From NCBI RefSeq assembly GCF_009914755.1, contig NC_060945.1: a DNA stretch of 64,000 nt; one strand, written 5' to 3'. Positions 40,342 through 57,149 of the stretch are shown here, in pieces. The stretch's first letter is position 1, and each line of letters starts with the position of its first letter. The DNA comes from the human T2T-CHM13v2.0 reference genome, Homo sapiens. The position numbers and the translations under genes were made by a program. The notes beneath the pieces were generated by a model. It was not told the DNA's origin. It did not search any database and saw only the letters and a program-made list of their open reading frames with translations.

Positions 40342-40578
40342 AGTCGGGTTCTGTGACTCACTCCTGTAATCCCAGCACTTCGGGTGGCTGAGGCGGGTGA
40401 TCACCTGAGGTCAGGAGTTTGAGACCAGCCTGACCAACATGGTGAAACCTCGTCTCTATTGAAAATACAAAGATTAGCTGGGCGTGGTGATGGGCACCTG
40501 TACTCCCAGCTACTCAGGAGGCTGAGGCAGGAGAATTGCTTGAACCCAGGGGTGGAGGTTGCAGTGAGCCGAGATTGT
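40342..40578 (+). mobile_element. AluS lacking its 3' end and poly(A)
   Basis: Alu consensus is followed to gagccgagattgt, then unique sequence. Confidence 0.92.
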
Positions 40579-41312
40579 ATTGCATACAAGCTAATACTTT
40601 TATAGCTTCTCATTGAATATTCTTCATATTCTTGCCCAATTTATGTCCCATTAAAAAAAAAGTCTTAAAATCCTTCGAGGTTGCCATATAGATTTACAAT
40701 GTGAGCTTACACGTGTTAGAAAGTGATTATTTTGTAGATTTGTTTTGTTTTGGTTTGATTGCCAGTCATGCAGAGTATTCTGTGTATGAAATACCTTTTG
40801 CAAATTGAAGCTTACTAAGAATTAATAGAATCTTAGCACAATAGGCTTGGAATACATATTTACTTTTCCATCAAGGTCAGTTTTCTCAAGGCCTTACTAA
40901 CAAGTGAGATTCAACTTACAATTGCATAGACAGAAAGTGATCTGTCCTTTTTTTGTGAAGTTTCATTATTCAATATTTGAACAGATAGAACTGCACATGG
41001 AATAAATATCAAAAGGCACCAACAGGGCTATATCAACATGCTGGAGTCTCTTCATCGGTATCCCACAGCTTCTAGACTCTAATATCATAGATAAATTTTA
41101 TTATCAATTCCTCTCTATTTTTCCTGAGATGTAATATGCTTTTATAAATATATGCCTAAGTACTATAATATTTAATGCTTTTTAAGTATCATAGCTTAGA
41201 TATAATATACTATCAGTATGTAGAAAGCTCTGTCATTTATTTTAAAGGAAGCTTAGTATTTCATTGAAAGAATGAACTTTAATGTGTTTTAAATAAGCAT
41301 TTAAATATTTTT

Positions 41313-41400
41313 GCCTCAGGAGGCTGAGGCAGGAGAATTACTTGAACACAGGAGTTTGAGAGTAGCCTGGGCAACATAGAAAGACTCTTTATAAATAAAA
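41313..41400 (+). mobile_element. FLAM-like Alu monomer fragment
   Basis: caggaggctgaggcaggagaattacttgaacacaggagtttgagagtagcctgggcaacatag. Confidence 0.75.
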
Positions 41401-41458
41401 TAATATGAAGTATTTTTCCCAAAGTTTTCCTTTTACAGACAAAATTGCAATGGATATC

Positions 41459-41900
41459 TACATTAGTTTGGATTCTACCAGAACCTGATAAAAGGACTAG
41501 GGTACAAATAATTTATTTGGTAGTCATCTCAGAATCACATGAAAGGGATTGAGGAAGACACACGCGGAAAAGAGAGAATCTAATAAGGAGTGTAGTTTCA
41601 AGACACTTACCACTGTGGGAAACTGCAGCTCAGTGTTGCTGGGGAACTGAGGCAGACAGGGTAGAACATGCCTTAGGATTATTCCAACTCAGTGGCCAGA
41701 AAGCTAAGCATGTATCCAATAATTCCCCATCCACTACAACATTAATTAAAGGAGGCCTACAGGAGGTTTGCTCTCTAGTAGTTTTGGATTTCTTTGTGTA
41801 TGGTCTGACCATGCTCTCAGAGTCAGAAAAAAATCCTCAGAAATAAAATGCAGACTTTCACATGAAGTAGCCTTCTTCTTGTAAAGATGTAGAAAGAATA
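41459..41900 (-). mobile_element. LTR16-type ERVL LTR
   Basis: ttagtttggattctaccagaa...taatttatttgg...ttaccactgtgggaaactgcagctcagtg...ggggaactg...gtagaacatgcc. Confidence 0.7.
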
Positions 41901-42116
41901 TAAATAGGGAGATTGAAACTGTCATTTACATTATCCTTATTGATATGTCTTTTTGTGCAGGGGTAGGGCATGTCCATTTTTGGTTTTGCAAATGACCCTC
42001 TGTACTCCCACCGGCAATGTATGATTCTTTCCATTCATTTTTCCAATCACAGAAATTTAATCAATTTCTTGATATTTGTTAATCTAATAACTGAAACAAA
42101 TGTTCTTTTACTTTAG

Positions 42117-42496
<380 letters not shown>

Positions 42497-42847
42497 TGAG
42501 TCACTTTGTTTTTCCATGAACTGTCTGTTCACATATGTGACAATTTTAAAAGTCAGATGGTTGGTCTGTTCCTTACAATTTGTACAAGCTCCTCACATAT
42601 TGAATAAATAAAATATTTATGATATAAGAGGAATTATAGTTAACTAGCATCATTCAAGTGTTTCAGGTGTTTAAGACTGAAGAAAAAGAGCACGGACTTT
42701 CACAAACTGATTGGTACATGGATATTATTCAGCTCAGGGGATAAATTTTCAAATTTATAATATAGAAAGTCCTATCACTTTATATTATCTCCAGCAACTT
42801 GCATGGTTTAAAAAATTATCTCATACTATTTTCCATGCTCTAATTTT

Positions 42848-44600
42848 TTAAATTTTATTTTTAATTGACATGTAATAATTGTCCATATTTATGGGATACA
42901 TAGTGATATCTTCATACTATGTATATATGCTTAGTGATTAGATCAGAGTAATTACCATATCCGTCATCCAATTGTACACTTAATCATCTCAAACATTTAT
43001 CATATATTTGTGTTGGGAACATTTAATATCCTCCTGCTAGCTATTTGAAACTATATATCATTGGTAACTATAGTCATATAACAGTGCTATGAAAATTAGA
43101 ACTTATTTCTCCTATCTAGCTATAACAGATCTTTCCCTATCCTGTTGGGAACAAGCCCCCCCCAAAATCTGGCCATAAACTGGCCCCAAAACTGGCCATA
43201 AACACAATCTCTGCAGCACTGTGACATGTTCGTGATGGCCATAAAGCCCACGCTGGAAGACTGTGGGTTTACCGGAATGAGGGCAAGGAATACCTGGCCT
43301 GCCCAGGGCGGAAAACCGCTTAAAGGCATTCTTAAGCCACAAACAATAGCATGAGTGATTGTGCCTTAAGGACAAGCTCCTGCTGCAGTTAACCAGCCCA
43401 ACCTATGCCTTTAATTCGGCCCACCGCTTTGTTTCCCATAAAGGATACTTTTAGTTAATTTAATATCTATAGAAACAATGGTAATGACTGGCTCACTGTT
43501 AATAAATACGTGGGTAAATCTCTGTTCGGAGCTCTCAGCTATGAAGGCTGTGAGACCCCGATTTCCCACTTCACACCTCTGTATTTCTGTGTGTGTGTGT
43601 CTTTAATTCCCCTAGCACCGCTGGGTTAGGGTCTACCAGACTGAGCTGGTCTTGGCATTATCCCCCTTTTCCCCTATCTTTCCAGACTCCAGCATATTGT
43701 GTTTTACTTTTTGCTTCTACAAAATCAACTTTGTTTAGCTTCCACATAAGTGACACCATGCATTGTTCATTGTGTTCCTGGCTTTCGTATTTAACACAAT
43801 GGCCTCCAGCTCCACTTCTGTTATCTCAAATGATCGAATTTTGTTTTTATGGCTACATAGTATTCAAATGTGGTGTATATGCCACATATATTTCATTTGT
43901 TGTTGGATCCCTAGGTTGATTCCATATCTCAGCTATTGTGACTAGTGCTGCAATAAACACTGAGAGTCAGGAGTCTCTTCAATGTACTGATTTCCTTTTC
44001 TTTGAACCAATGTTCAGTATTTCGGTAATGGATGATATGGTAGTTCTATTTGTAGTTGGCAGAGGAACCTCCATACTTTTCACCATAGTGTCTGTATTAG
44101 TTTACATTTCCACCCATAGTGTGTAAGAGTTCCCTATTCTCCACATCTTCACTAGTATTTGATATTTTTTGTCTTATTGATAGTATCAATCTTAATTGGG
44201 GTGGGATGATATCTCATTGCAGTTTTGATTTCCATATCTCTGAAGATTAGTGAAGTTGAGCATTTTTTAATATATTTGTTGGTCATTAGTATGTCTTCTT
44301 TTGAGAAATGTCTGCTCAGATCTTTTGCCTATTTTTTAATTGGATGCCTGGTTTGTTTGTATTTTCTTTTTTTGAGATGATTAAGTTCCTTGTATGTTCA
44401 GGATATTAAATTCTATCAGATAAATAGTCTGCAAATATTTTATCCCATTCTGTATGTTGCCATTTTACTCTGTTGATTGGTTTCTGTGCTTTACAGAAGC
44501 TTGTTAGTTTGATAAAATCCCATTTGCTTAATTTTGCTTTTGTTGCCTGTGCTTTTGAGGTCTTATTCATAAACTATTTCCCCAGACTGATGTCTTGAAG
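42848..44600 (-). mobile_element. L1MA-type 3' fragment, interrupted by a MER9 LTR
   Basis: taataattgtccatatttatgggatacatagtgat before the LTR; ORF2-derived sequence (tttgttgcctgtgcttttgaggtctta) after it. Confidence 0.9.
43143..43657 (+). mobile_element. MER9 solo LTR (HERV-K9/HML-3)
   Basis: tgttgggaacaagccccc...ctggccataaactggccccaaaactggccataaa...aataaa...gagctggtcttggca; 6-bp TSD ctatcc / ttatcc. Confidence 0.9.
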
Positions 44601-45157
44601 CCCGAATTTTTAATATCAGAAATATTTGACAATTTAATAGAGTGCTTAGTATTACAATAAAGTGGTACTAAAGAATAAACATCATTGCAGAACAACGCAA
44701 TACAAAAAAAGCAGGGAGAATAAATAGAGGTGTGTGGCCTGCAAAAACCTTAGAAGACTCTGTGGAAACAGTAAGAATTCAACCAAAACTTGAAAGGAGT
44801 AAGATTTAAATGGGAAAAGAAAAGTATTTAGAGCATGACTCTTTTAAGAATGGCATAAGAGAAATCATGACTATAGATGGATTAGTATGTTGTACTAGTG
44901 AGAAGAACAGTTGGGCATCTATTAAAAATACTGATGAATGATAATGAATTCTGAAGACCTTGAATATATTAATGCTTTGGGCAATAGAAGGTCATTGGAG
45001 ATTCTTGAATTATGCAGAAGAAAGGTGTTTTAAAGGATATTCTCCAAAACTAACCTGGGATATCAATGTGATTTGTATTGAAAGAAGGTGAAAAAGGAAA
45101 TAGAGACACCAGATAAAATAATGTATTATAAAATATCTACTTAAAAGAATTGCTAGA

Positions 45158-45281
45158 GAACCAGGTGTAGTGGTGCATGCCTGTAGTCCCAGCTACTTGG
45201 GAGGCTGAGGCAGGAGAACTGTTTTAACTCAGAAGTTCAAGTCCATCCTGGGCAACATAGTGACACTTTATCACTGAAAAA
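45158..45281 (+). mobile_element. FLAM_A-like Alu monomer
   Basis: ccaggtgtagtggtgcatgcctgtagtcccagctac...ctgggcaacatagtgacac. Confidence 0.8.
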
Positions 45282-45304
45282 CTTTTTTTTTAAGTAAATA
45301 AAGT

Positions 45305-45675
<371 letters not shown>

Positions 45676-46959
45676 TCTACAAAAATTAAAAATAAATGAA
45701 TAAATAAAAATACCTCAAGATAGTGAAAAGAAAAAAGACTTGGTAAAATTCGAGTGGCTCCGTGATATGTGTATAAAACAATAAACTGAATGTCTTTTAA
45801 AATACACATTTCAGAATGATCAGGAAAGATCACATCTTGAGATTATCATTGTATAATTATTATATTTAAACTTTCAGTCAAAAACTCAAGGATTATTCTG
45901 AGTATAATTATAGAAAAGCATTAAATATATATTTGTCATCCCCTTAATATTCCAATATCTCATTGTAAGTGTAAAACACTGTCAAAATTTAATACTCAAA
46001 CTGAGATTTAGTACCTGTATGCTGGTTTGATTAGGCAGATAAAAAAATGTATTCTGTAAAACTTTATAATGGGGATTTTGAGAAGTATAGTTTTCTCACC
46101 TAATTTTGCCTCTACAACATTCAATCTGCAATAGAATTTTGGGATGATTTCATTAACCTCTTTCTCATTAGAGAATGAAATATTCAGTCAACTAGAACAT
46201 TAAAAGAAACTATTGCGCTCTTCCTCTAATGAGAGGAAGAACTTCAACCACTCTGGTTTCAGCTGGATTAATGAACAGATCCCCTTTTCCTTACTGAAGT
46301 AGCTGTGATTGACCCTAACTTTTCTTGCCCTAATACAAAATCATGGAGACGTGATTTTCAGGGCATCCCAATTTGCTGTCTCATTAATTCTCATTTTTAT
46401 TTGATGGGTTCTTAGGCACTAGTGCCTCTGCTTCTTTCATCAATACTACCTTCTCTTTAACTTGATCTTGGTGCTGGCCACTTGAAGTTTTGTACCACAG
46501 GAGTGTTGATGAAAGCTCATGGAAATAAATCAATTCATCAGAACTGTTGTAATCAGATATTCAGCATCAACTTTCACTTTGTGAAAAACTAATGGGTTTG
46601 GTAACAAAGTGGCTATGAAAGGCAACGGAATGAGATTTGCAGTTTATATTTCTCATTTAGCCCAATGCTTTTCTTTAAAGTATGTGTCACTGAAAGACAG
46701 TGTTCAATATAAAATTGTGTTTATCATACCATTGAATATGTATACTCAAAGTTCTATTGATGATGTAATAATTTGTTTTAATGTTAACTTTATGTTTGAG
46801 AAAAATAGTAAGAATATTTAGTTATTTTAAGGTAATTACACATTATCAACTGGAATCAATGAATATTTCAAAGCCACCAGAAATCATAGAAAATTGAACA
46901 GTTGTAGGGGATTAGTTTAATATCAAATAAGAACCAAGAACTTTGACACAATTATTTTT

Positions 46960-47080
46960 GGTGTGGCAAAGTTTGCTAGCTAACCATCAATCCCATTTTT
47001 CTTCATTTTGGGCACACAAGCTATATTTTACATCCTCTCTTACAGTTAAGAGGAGCAATATGGTTAAGTTCCAGCCAATT
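46960..47080 (+). mobile_element. Old MLT1 (H/I/J-type) LTR 5' fragment
   Basis: tgtggcaaagtttgctagctaacc...gctatattttacatcctctcttacagttaag...aagttccagccaat. Confidence 0.55.
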
Positions 47081-47089
47081 AGTTCTAGC

Positions 47090-47370
47090 ATTAGCAGCTT
47101 CCATGTGGTATTAAAACTTTCAACGCAGACTGCAAGAATTGAGGCTTGTGAGCCTCCGCCTAGATTTCAGAAGATGTATGGAAAAGCCTAAATGTCCAGG
47201 CAGAATCCTGGAGAACATCTATTAGGGCAGTGCAGAGGGAAAATGTGTGGTTGGCATCCCCACACAAAGTCCCCACTGAGGCACTGCCTAGTGGAGCTAT
47301 GAGGAGAGGGCCACTGTCCTCCAGACTCCAGAATGATAGATCCACTAGCAGCTTGCACCCTGCACCTGAA
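47090..47370 (+). mobile_element. THE1/MST-int MaLR internal fragment
   Basis: cctccgcctagatttcagaagatgtatggaaa...gtccccactgaggcactgcctagtggagctatgag...gatccactagcagcttgcacc. Confidence 0.88.
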
Positions 47371-47665
47371 ATAAAACGTAACGTGACACACACCAAAAAA
47401 CTTCCCACAAACTATAATTCACCTCCACCCCCACTTTGTGACCTTGGAAGCCAGGCTTTAAAGATGAGAGGGCCAAAAATACAAAGGGTGACACAAGCCT
47501 TAACTTGCCACTTGAAGTCAATCTGCCTGTCAATGATGCATATTAATTTTGAGCTTTCCATGAGTGAGAGTTTACATTGTTTTAAACGGTTGGAATTTTG
47601 CAATTTATTGTTAAACAACTAGTTTAATCTTAATTAAAATACTCAGAAAGAGTTTTTAGAAAAGC

Positions 47666-47920
47666 TGTCTTAATACATTTAGGCTGCTTTAACAAAATAC
47701 CTTAGATGGGGTAATTTTTCAATAATAGAAATGTATTTCTTCAGTTCTGGAGGCTGGGACATCCAAAAACAAGGGTCTAGTAGATTTGGTGTCTGGTGAG
47801 GGCTTGATCCCTGCTTCATAGATGATGCCTCTTGCTGCATCCACACATGACAGAAGTGATGAACAGCTCCTAGTTCCTCTTTTATAAAGTTGTTAATCCC
47901 ATTCACAAGAGCTTCACAAT
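47666..47920 (-). mobile_element. MSTD/MLT1A-type LTR fragment
   Basis: tgtcttaatacatttaggctgctttaacaaaatacc...cagttctggaggctggga...ggtgtctggtgagggc. Confidence 0.82.
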
Positions 47921-48279
47921 CTATGTATTTTTAACAAATTTAGCATTTACATCTGTAATCTTAAAGGTAACTTATTACCTGCAGTCTTTGTCTCCACATA
48001 TGCACAAATTAAAAGTATACATTCCCTGTTCAAATTACTATGTGGTTTCTGTCTCCTAATTAGACCCTTATTGAAACAATAAGATTAAGTGGATATTCTC
48101 TGAGATACCCAGACATAATTCTACAGGATACCTTAATTGTCAGCAGCCCTAACTATTCTCTACAGATAGGAAATATCTGAATGCGCTGCTGGGATATCTA
48201 ATCAGCCCCAATGACACTGATAACTAAGTTTCTCCAACTAAATAGTTGAACCACATTACCCTACAGTGAGGCACACAGG

Positions 48280-50431
<2,152 letters not shown>

Positions 50432-50920
50432 TCCACTGGTTTTCATGAGAAGCCTTGGGGAGTTATTTTACGCTTTGAATTATATGAGTGCATTAATGTC
50501 ATAAAAAACACTTTAAAAATATTAATGTCGCTGTATTTGTGGATTAAATTTGAAAAATGTTGTTCTAATCACCTGTTAGATTATTTCACATTTCTCATAC
50601 ATTTTGTAGCAGCAGTTTGAGGAAATGAAACATTGATTATGTTAACTAACTTAAAATATATAATGTAATGAAAGAAAAATTATTCGTGTGGTATAGGAAT
50701 AGTTTTGCTATTTACTGTAAACACCTTTTTCTCTACAATTCAAAGATAGTCTGGCCATCATTTAGCCAGAATGTTAGGTTCTTTAAAATGTTACCTGTAA
50801 TGACAGAAAAATATATTTAGCTATTCTTCATAAAATATGTTCATCTTTACTAGAGTTTCACTTTTTGTAACCAACAGCTTCATTTTATTATTAGCATAAT
50901 CTAATTTCATGATAAAATAG

Positions 50921-51388
<468 letters not shown>

Positions 51389-52991
51389 TAGTGGGTATAG
51401 TGGGTATACCAGCATATACCCAAAGCATAGTAGCTATATCAGCACACAATTTGTCAATCTCCTCCAACTACTGATCTGGAATTCACTTATAAATTGCCTC
51501 TTTATCTATGGCTGTTTATGTTTTAAACTTTTATTTGTCTGGCCTGTGAATTAGTAGTCTCTAGTTAAAAACACATACTTTTAATTTCTGCATATGTGGA
51601 GACAAAGACTGCAGGTAATAAGTTACCTTTAAGATTACAGATGTAAATGCTAAATTTGCTAGGATACTATTTATTATTGTAGTTCTTCTATTTCACTTCT
51701 CATTTAAAAACTACAAAACCTCTATCAACATGTTGCTTCAAATTAAATTTGGTTGCAGACTAAAAAAAAGTTTACCAGTTAGGCAATGTAAATAGGATTT
51801 TTTCCTGTTTATGAGGAAAGAAAGGACAGTTTTACTGCTTTCGCTTTATCCAGTCACACTTTATCTAGGAAGTGGATTTCATGAAAAATACTTCTAGGAA
51901 AATAAGAGGGGGCTTGTTGCCGGTTATCCCCTTTATAGCTCCTCCTGAATCGAAAGTTTTTTTGTCTTCTCCACAGCTATTTCTATTCTGTCCCATTTCT
52001 GGCTTCCAGATTTTAAATTAGTAAAACAAAAAAAATGATTCTAGCAACTTGGGTTTTCAAACAATTTAATAAGTTGCCTTAAATATTCTTTATCTTCTTT
52101 TCATTGGACTTATTCAAGTAAAGATTGGATAAGTTTTTTTTGTCAGAAATCTTTAAGGAAGAGTTCCCATATTTGAAAGGAAACCAAATCACAGTAACTC
52201 CAAAATTCCTTCTAATTCCACATCATTATGGTTTTGAAGTCACCAACATTCTTACAAATATTTCCGTATATCAGATGAACCTAACATGATGAGTTTAGGG
52301 TGGCAATAAAGTCTAGAATAGATGAATATACACAAGTGGTTATATTACAAAATGTACACTACAACATAGCTACAATACAAGGTGATATTACATGCTTTAT
52401 GTTTTCAGACTTTAAGTTCATCCTACATAATTTCAATAATAATGAACTTTTAATTTTGGCCAATTAGTACTGTGCAGGATATAGAATAATTTGAAATTAT
52501 CAGCCATTATCCTTAAGGTTCATTCTACATGAATGTTAGATAATTATGCTTTTTAGCTAATTAAAACTGCGGTAATTGAATTTTGGACATCATTGTCCAT
52601 ATAAAGCATTTTATAAAGAAATAATGGATCCTAAGGTCTTAGGAGCTGTTGGACAAAAATCACTGTGGAAAGTTTGATATTTAATCTCGCTGCAAGCAAA
52701 AGTTGGAAGTAGAGAATTCCGTTGAAAGAGCAGCAATATCTTAGCAGTTCATCTGAATAGAGAATCAAAAATGATCTTGATCCAAGTTGTGTACATCTAA
52801 ATATAACAAGGTCTTGCCACTAACTAGAGACTGCGCAAAATAAATACACATAACCGGTGAGATGAAATCTCACGTTTGTATTGAGACATGAGCATCATGG
52901 GCCTGGAAAGGTTTCAGCAGGACTAGTAATATTCTGATATTATACAAAACCTGTGTTCACCTGTTAACCTGACTGAATATGTCACGGCTTG

Positions 52992-53018
52992 TTGTTTGTT
53001 TGTTTGTTTGTTTGTTTG
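52992..53018. repeat. (TTTG)n microsatellite
   Basis: ttgtttgtttgtttgtttgtttgtttg. Confidence 0.9.
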
Positions 53019-53908
53019 TGGTGAAGAAAATATGTGATTTGTTCCCTTTGTCTTTGCCTTTTTTTAAAATCTAAACAATAGGTTTATCATTTGGTATTTA
53101 AACCCTCTCTCTTTTATTAGTTCACGATTTCTTTTTTAATAGTACAGATGTTTTTGTTTTTCTGTAATGTTTCCTTCAGGGAATTTTTTTCCACATTTCA
53201 TTCATTTCTTACTCCTTCAACCCTCGTGCTGATGCTGACCATTCTCAAAGGTAAATCACCTGACATCTAAAACTGCTTGACAGCATTGAGAGCATTTCTA
53301 AAATCTATAAGAACAGCACTTTAAATTTTAAAGGATTTTTCCCTTCTTTCTGAGTAACGGTAAATCTGGTTGATGTCAATCTTGGACTGATAGTGTTGAA
53401 GTCACTTGGAAGACTGCATTCATTAAGTAGTTTTGATGAGAACAGAGTTCTCTTAATGCATTTTCAAAATGGATAAATGCAACACACACAACAGAAACTA
53501 AGTATTATTCTCAAAGAAAAGGAACTACTTTTTTTGGAGTTCAAAGAATGTTTGCTAGATTTATGTTTTAGGTCTTTATTGACAAAAAATATATTAAATA
53601 TTTTTGAAACCTCTTTTAGTTGAAAACAGAATGATAGTTGAATATTTAAGCAGGTAACTATTCATATAAATAGTTTTATTCATAAAAATACCTGATGGCA
53701 AACATATATTTCAAATAAAAGGGGTGCAAAATGTTAATTTTCTTGAAACGGAGAATAACTGCTAATGTTGTTACATTATTTATGACATTTATAGTCCAAA
53801 ATATTTTCTGTGAATTTGGACTTTAAAACACGTAGGAGTCCCGCTGGAAATTCACACTTAATAATTTGCACCCAAACTTCATAAATCTACGGTTTCCACA
53901 AAAGCCAG

Positions 53909-54326
53909 AGTTCATTTGTGTTGCCATAAAGGAATACCCGAGACTGGTAATTTCTAAGGAAGAAAGGTTTATTTGACTCATGGTTCTTCTGCAGGCTATA
54001 CAAAAAGCATTGCAGTGGTATCTGCAACTGGTGAGGACCTCAGACTTCTTCCACTCATGGTAAGGGGAAAGGGAAGCTGGTATGCAGAGATTATTTGGCA
54101 AGGGCAGAAGCAAGAGAAGGGAGGGAGGAGTCAGGATCTTTTTAACAATCAGTTCTCGTGGGAACTAACAGAGCGATAACTCACTCATTACCTCAAGTAC
54201 AGCACTAAGCCATTCATTAGAGATTCACCCCCCATGACCTAAATACCTTCCCTCAGGCCCCACTTTTAACATTGGAAATCAGATTTCAATATGAGATTGG
54301 AGGTGACAAGTATCCAAATTATATCA
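53909..54326 (-). mobile_element. MSTB-like MaLR solo LTR
   Basis: gtgttgccataaaggaatacccgagactgg...cactaagccattcat...atccaaattatatca. Confidence 0.88.
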
Positions 54327-55942
54327 CCAACCTTACTTACGCTGATATTTGTTTAATTAGAGTTATATTTGTGCTTCTGTTTTAAAATGTAATAGTTGCT
54401 CAGTTAAACTGCAGACCTTACCCCTGAGATGCAATTGTTACCTCTGAGGTCTTAAGTAACTTGTTCAAGATCATGCAACTAGCACATCATCAAAATAAGG
54501 ATATAAGTCCAGGCATCTACCTGATGTTTATGCTCATAATGACTTGGCTCTAATCCACGGATTTAAGAAAAGGAAGTTCAGAGTTTTCAGCCTATATAAG
54601 CAGAACTCAGTATCAAAGTATAGTTTGATAATGCATGATTTTATAAATTTAACTATACATCGGGTGAAAGATACCTCACTTTAGAGTAGAAAACTCAAAT
54701 GCTCAGAGAATATGGGAAGCATTCCAAGGACAATCTAAAACAAAATTAAATACAGATCAAGCAAATTTTATCTTTAAAGTAAAATTAAAAGTGAACCAGC
54801 TGTCAAATAAAATGTAAGAATGAAGTAATGATTAGTGATATTCATAAGGTTTAGTCAGTGGTTGTCACCATAGCTGAAGACTTTATTCATAATTCTACAA
54901 ATAGCGTTGGAAGTGTGTCTCTTGAGAAAGAGGTGAAGCCAAGTGGTGATTTTTTTTCCTTCAATTTAGGATAAGAAAGCAATGGATGAGGAATTAAAAT
55001 TATAAAAAAAGTAATTGATGGCAGAATTTCCCAGTGCAGGCATTAGCATCAATAACCTAGGATTCTGGATTATATTTTCAAAGAGTAATATGGAAGAAAA
55101 GAAGAATGAATAAGAATTGAGGAGATAAAGGGGAGCAAATTGTGAATTGCTCAGGCTTGATGTGGATATGCTCAATTAGTTAAAGCAATGTCTTTCATCC
55201 TGTGAAATTGTCATGACAGCGAATTGAGTAATCCTTCACAAAGGAAAAAAGCTTCTCAATGAATATTTAATTTTTCTCTTGAAAAATGCAAAATCCTTCT
55301 GATGTACACTGTTATGGTTAAACCGATAAGTAAGAACAACAGCAACAGAGAAAGGAACATCAAATTTCCATTTGATGATTGCTTTTAAAACTGTGTGTGA
55401 ACTATCATATAATAGATCTGCTGCCATAGGCATCACTTTGTTTCTATGATTATTTTAAGCAGGTTTAATAAGTTCTTCTCTTTACTTGATAATTACCAGC
55501 AGTAGACATGACAAAGTTATTAAAAAGTCAGCAAGGTTGTGTATGAAATCTGACATCTTTGTGGAATCCCAAGAGTATTTCCACCCCATTTTTAAAGTTT
55601 GTTTGGCTTCTATTACATAAAATCTTAAAAAAACTGCTTAATCCATTTTTAAAAATAACAAATAATACATGTTATATGACAGATTAACACATATATATTT
55701 CTCGTTTCTCCTTGATTTAAGAATAAAAGTATTTATGCAGCAGGAGTCAGCAGCATGCTGTAATGTAGTAACGATCTGATCAGAGTGAAGTACATATGTT
55801 TTCATCCTTAGAACTTGCTCTGTCTAGGCAAAGTGGACTTACATGGTTTTCACTCCTGTGTGGTGGCCCTCATTAGTGGCCACCATAATTTATAATATGT
55901 GCAATTATAATATTTATAATATGTGTGATTTGTTTATATGAC

Positions 55943-56679
55943 TGGACCCTCCCAATAGGTTCATTTGCCGCTGCCTAAATAGAGCTGATTTATCAAGACA
56001 GAGGAATTGCAATAGAGAAAGAAAGCGTTTAATTCACATAGAGCCAGCTGAACAGAAGACCAGAGTTTTACTATTACTCAAATAAGTCTCCCTCAAAATT
56101 TAGAGAGTGGGGTTTTTTAAGGATAATTTGGTGGGTATGGGGCCAGGGAATGGGGATTGCTAACTGATCGGGTTGGAAATGAAATCATAGGAAGTCAAAG
56201 CTGTCCTCTTGCACTGAATCAGTTCCTGGGTAGGGCCCCAAGACCACATGAGCCAGTTTATTGATCTGGGTGGTGCCAGCTGATCCATGGAGCGTAGGAT
56301 CTGAAAAATAGCTCAAGCAACAATCCTAGGTTTTGCAACAGTGATGTTTTCCCTAGCAGCAATTGGGGAGGTTTTGAATCTTGTGGCCTCTAGCTGCATG
56401 ACTCCTAACCCATAATTTCTACTCTTGTAGCTAATTTGTTAGTCCTACAAAGGCAGTCTTGTCCCCAGGCAAGAATGGGGGTGGTTTCAGGAAAGGGCTG
56501 TAACCATCTTTGTTTCAAAGTTAAGCTATAAACCAAATTCCTCCCAAAGTTAGTTTGGCATACTACCAGGAATGAACAAGGACAGCTTGGAGGTTACAAG
56601 CAAGATGGAGTTGGTTAGGTCAGATCTTTTTCACTGTCATAATTTTCTCACTGTTATAATTTTTGCAAAGGCGGTTTCA
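55943..56679 (-). mobile_element. LTR8/LTR8A ERV1 solo LTR
   Basis: gagctgatttatcaagacagaggaattgcaatagagaaag...tttttgcaaaggcggtttca; 4-bp TSD tgac (55939-55942, 56680-56683). Confidence 0.9.
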
Positions 56680-57149
56680 TGACCACCTCTATTTTTGAAA
56701 GACAAAACATACAATTTTAAAAAGAGAACATTTTCAAAAATAACTTCTAGTCAGGATTTTTTTTAAGCAAAGATGATAAGAATCTACATATAGAGCTCAA
56801 TCTTGTTTGAAATTAGGAACCCAATATTATAAATAGCATGATTTATTAATAAATGTAAGTTCTTGATTAGGTTGGGCCCTACATCTCTAACTTGTATAAT
56901 AACTTCCCAATTCTTCACATGAAAACTTTATTTTCATTCAAATGAAAAGCGGGCTTAATATAGTTTTGGATCAAATTTTTCCCCAATCTTGGAAGCTCTG
57001 AGGCTATTGTATCATGCATGATAGAATCATGTACACTTTATCTGTTCCTGCAAGCAAATTATTAGTATTTTTTTTGAGAAACCATTACGGAATGTGTTAA
57101 TAATGATAAATTACTTAAAATTGTGATTTAAAGGCATACAACATATTAT

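Noticed and set aside
47160-47622. Cluster of overlapping ORFs up to 130 aa
   Set aside because: Largely derived from THE1/MST internal sequence running into unique DNA.
53180-53250. Plus-strand exon-like segment (ttccttcag|...aag|gtaaat)
   Set aside because: Splice-like pairs are common at this scale, and there is no coding or other support.
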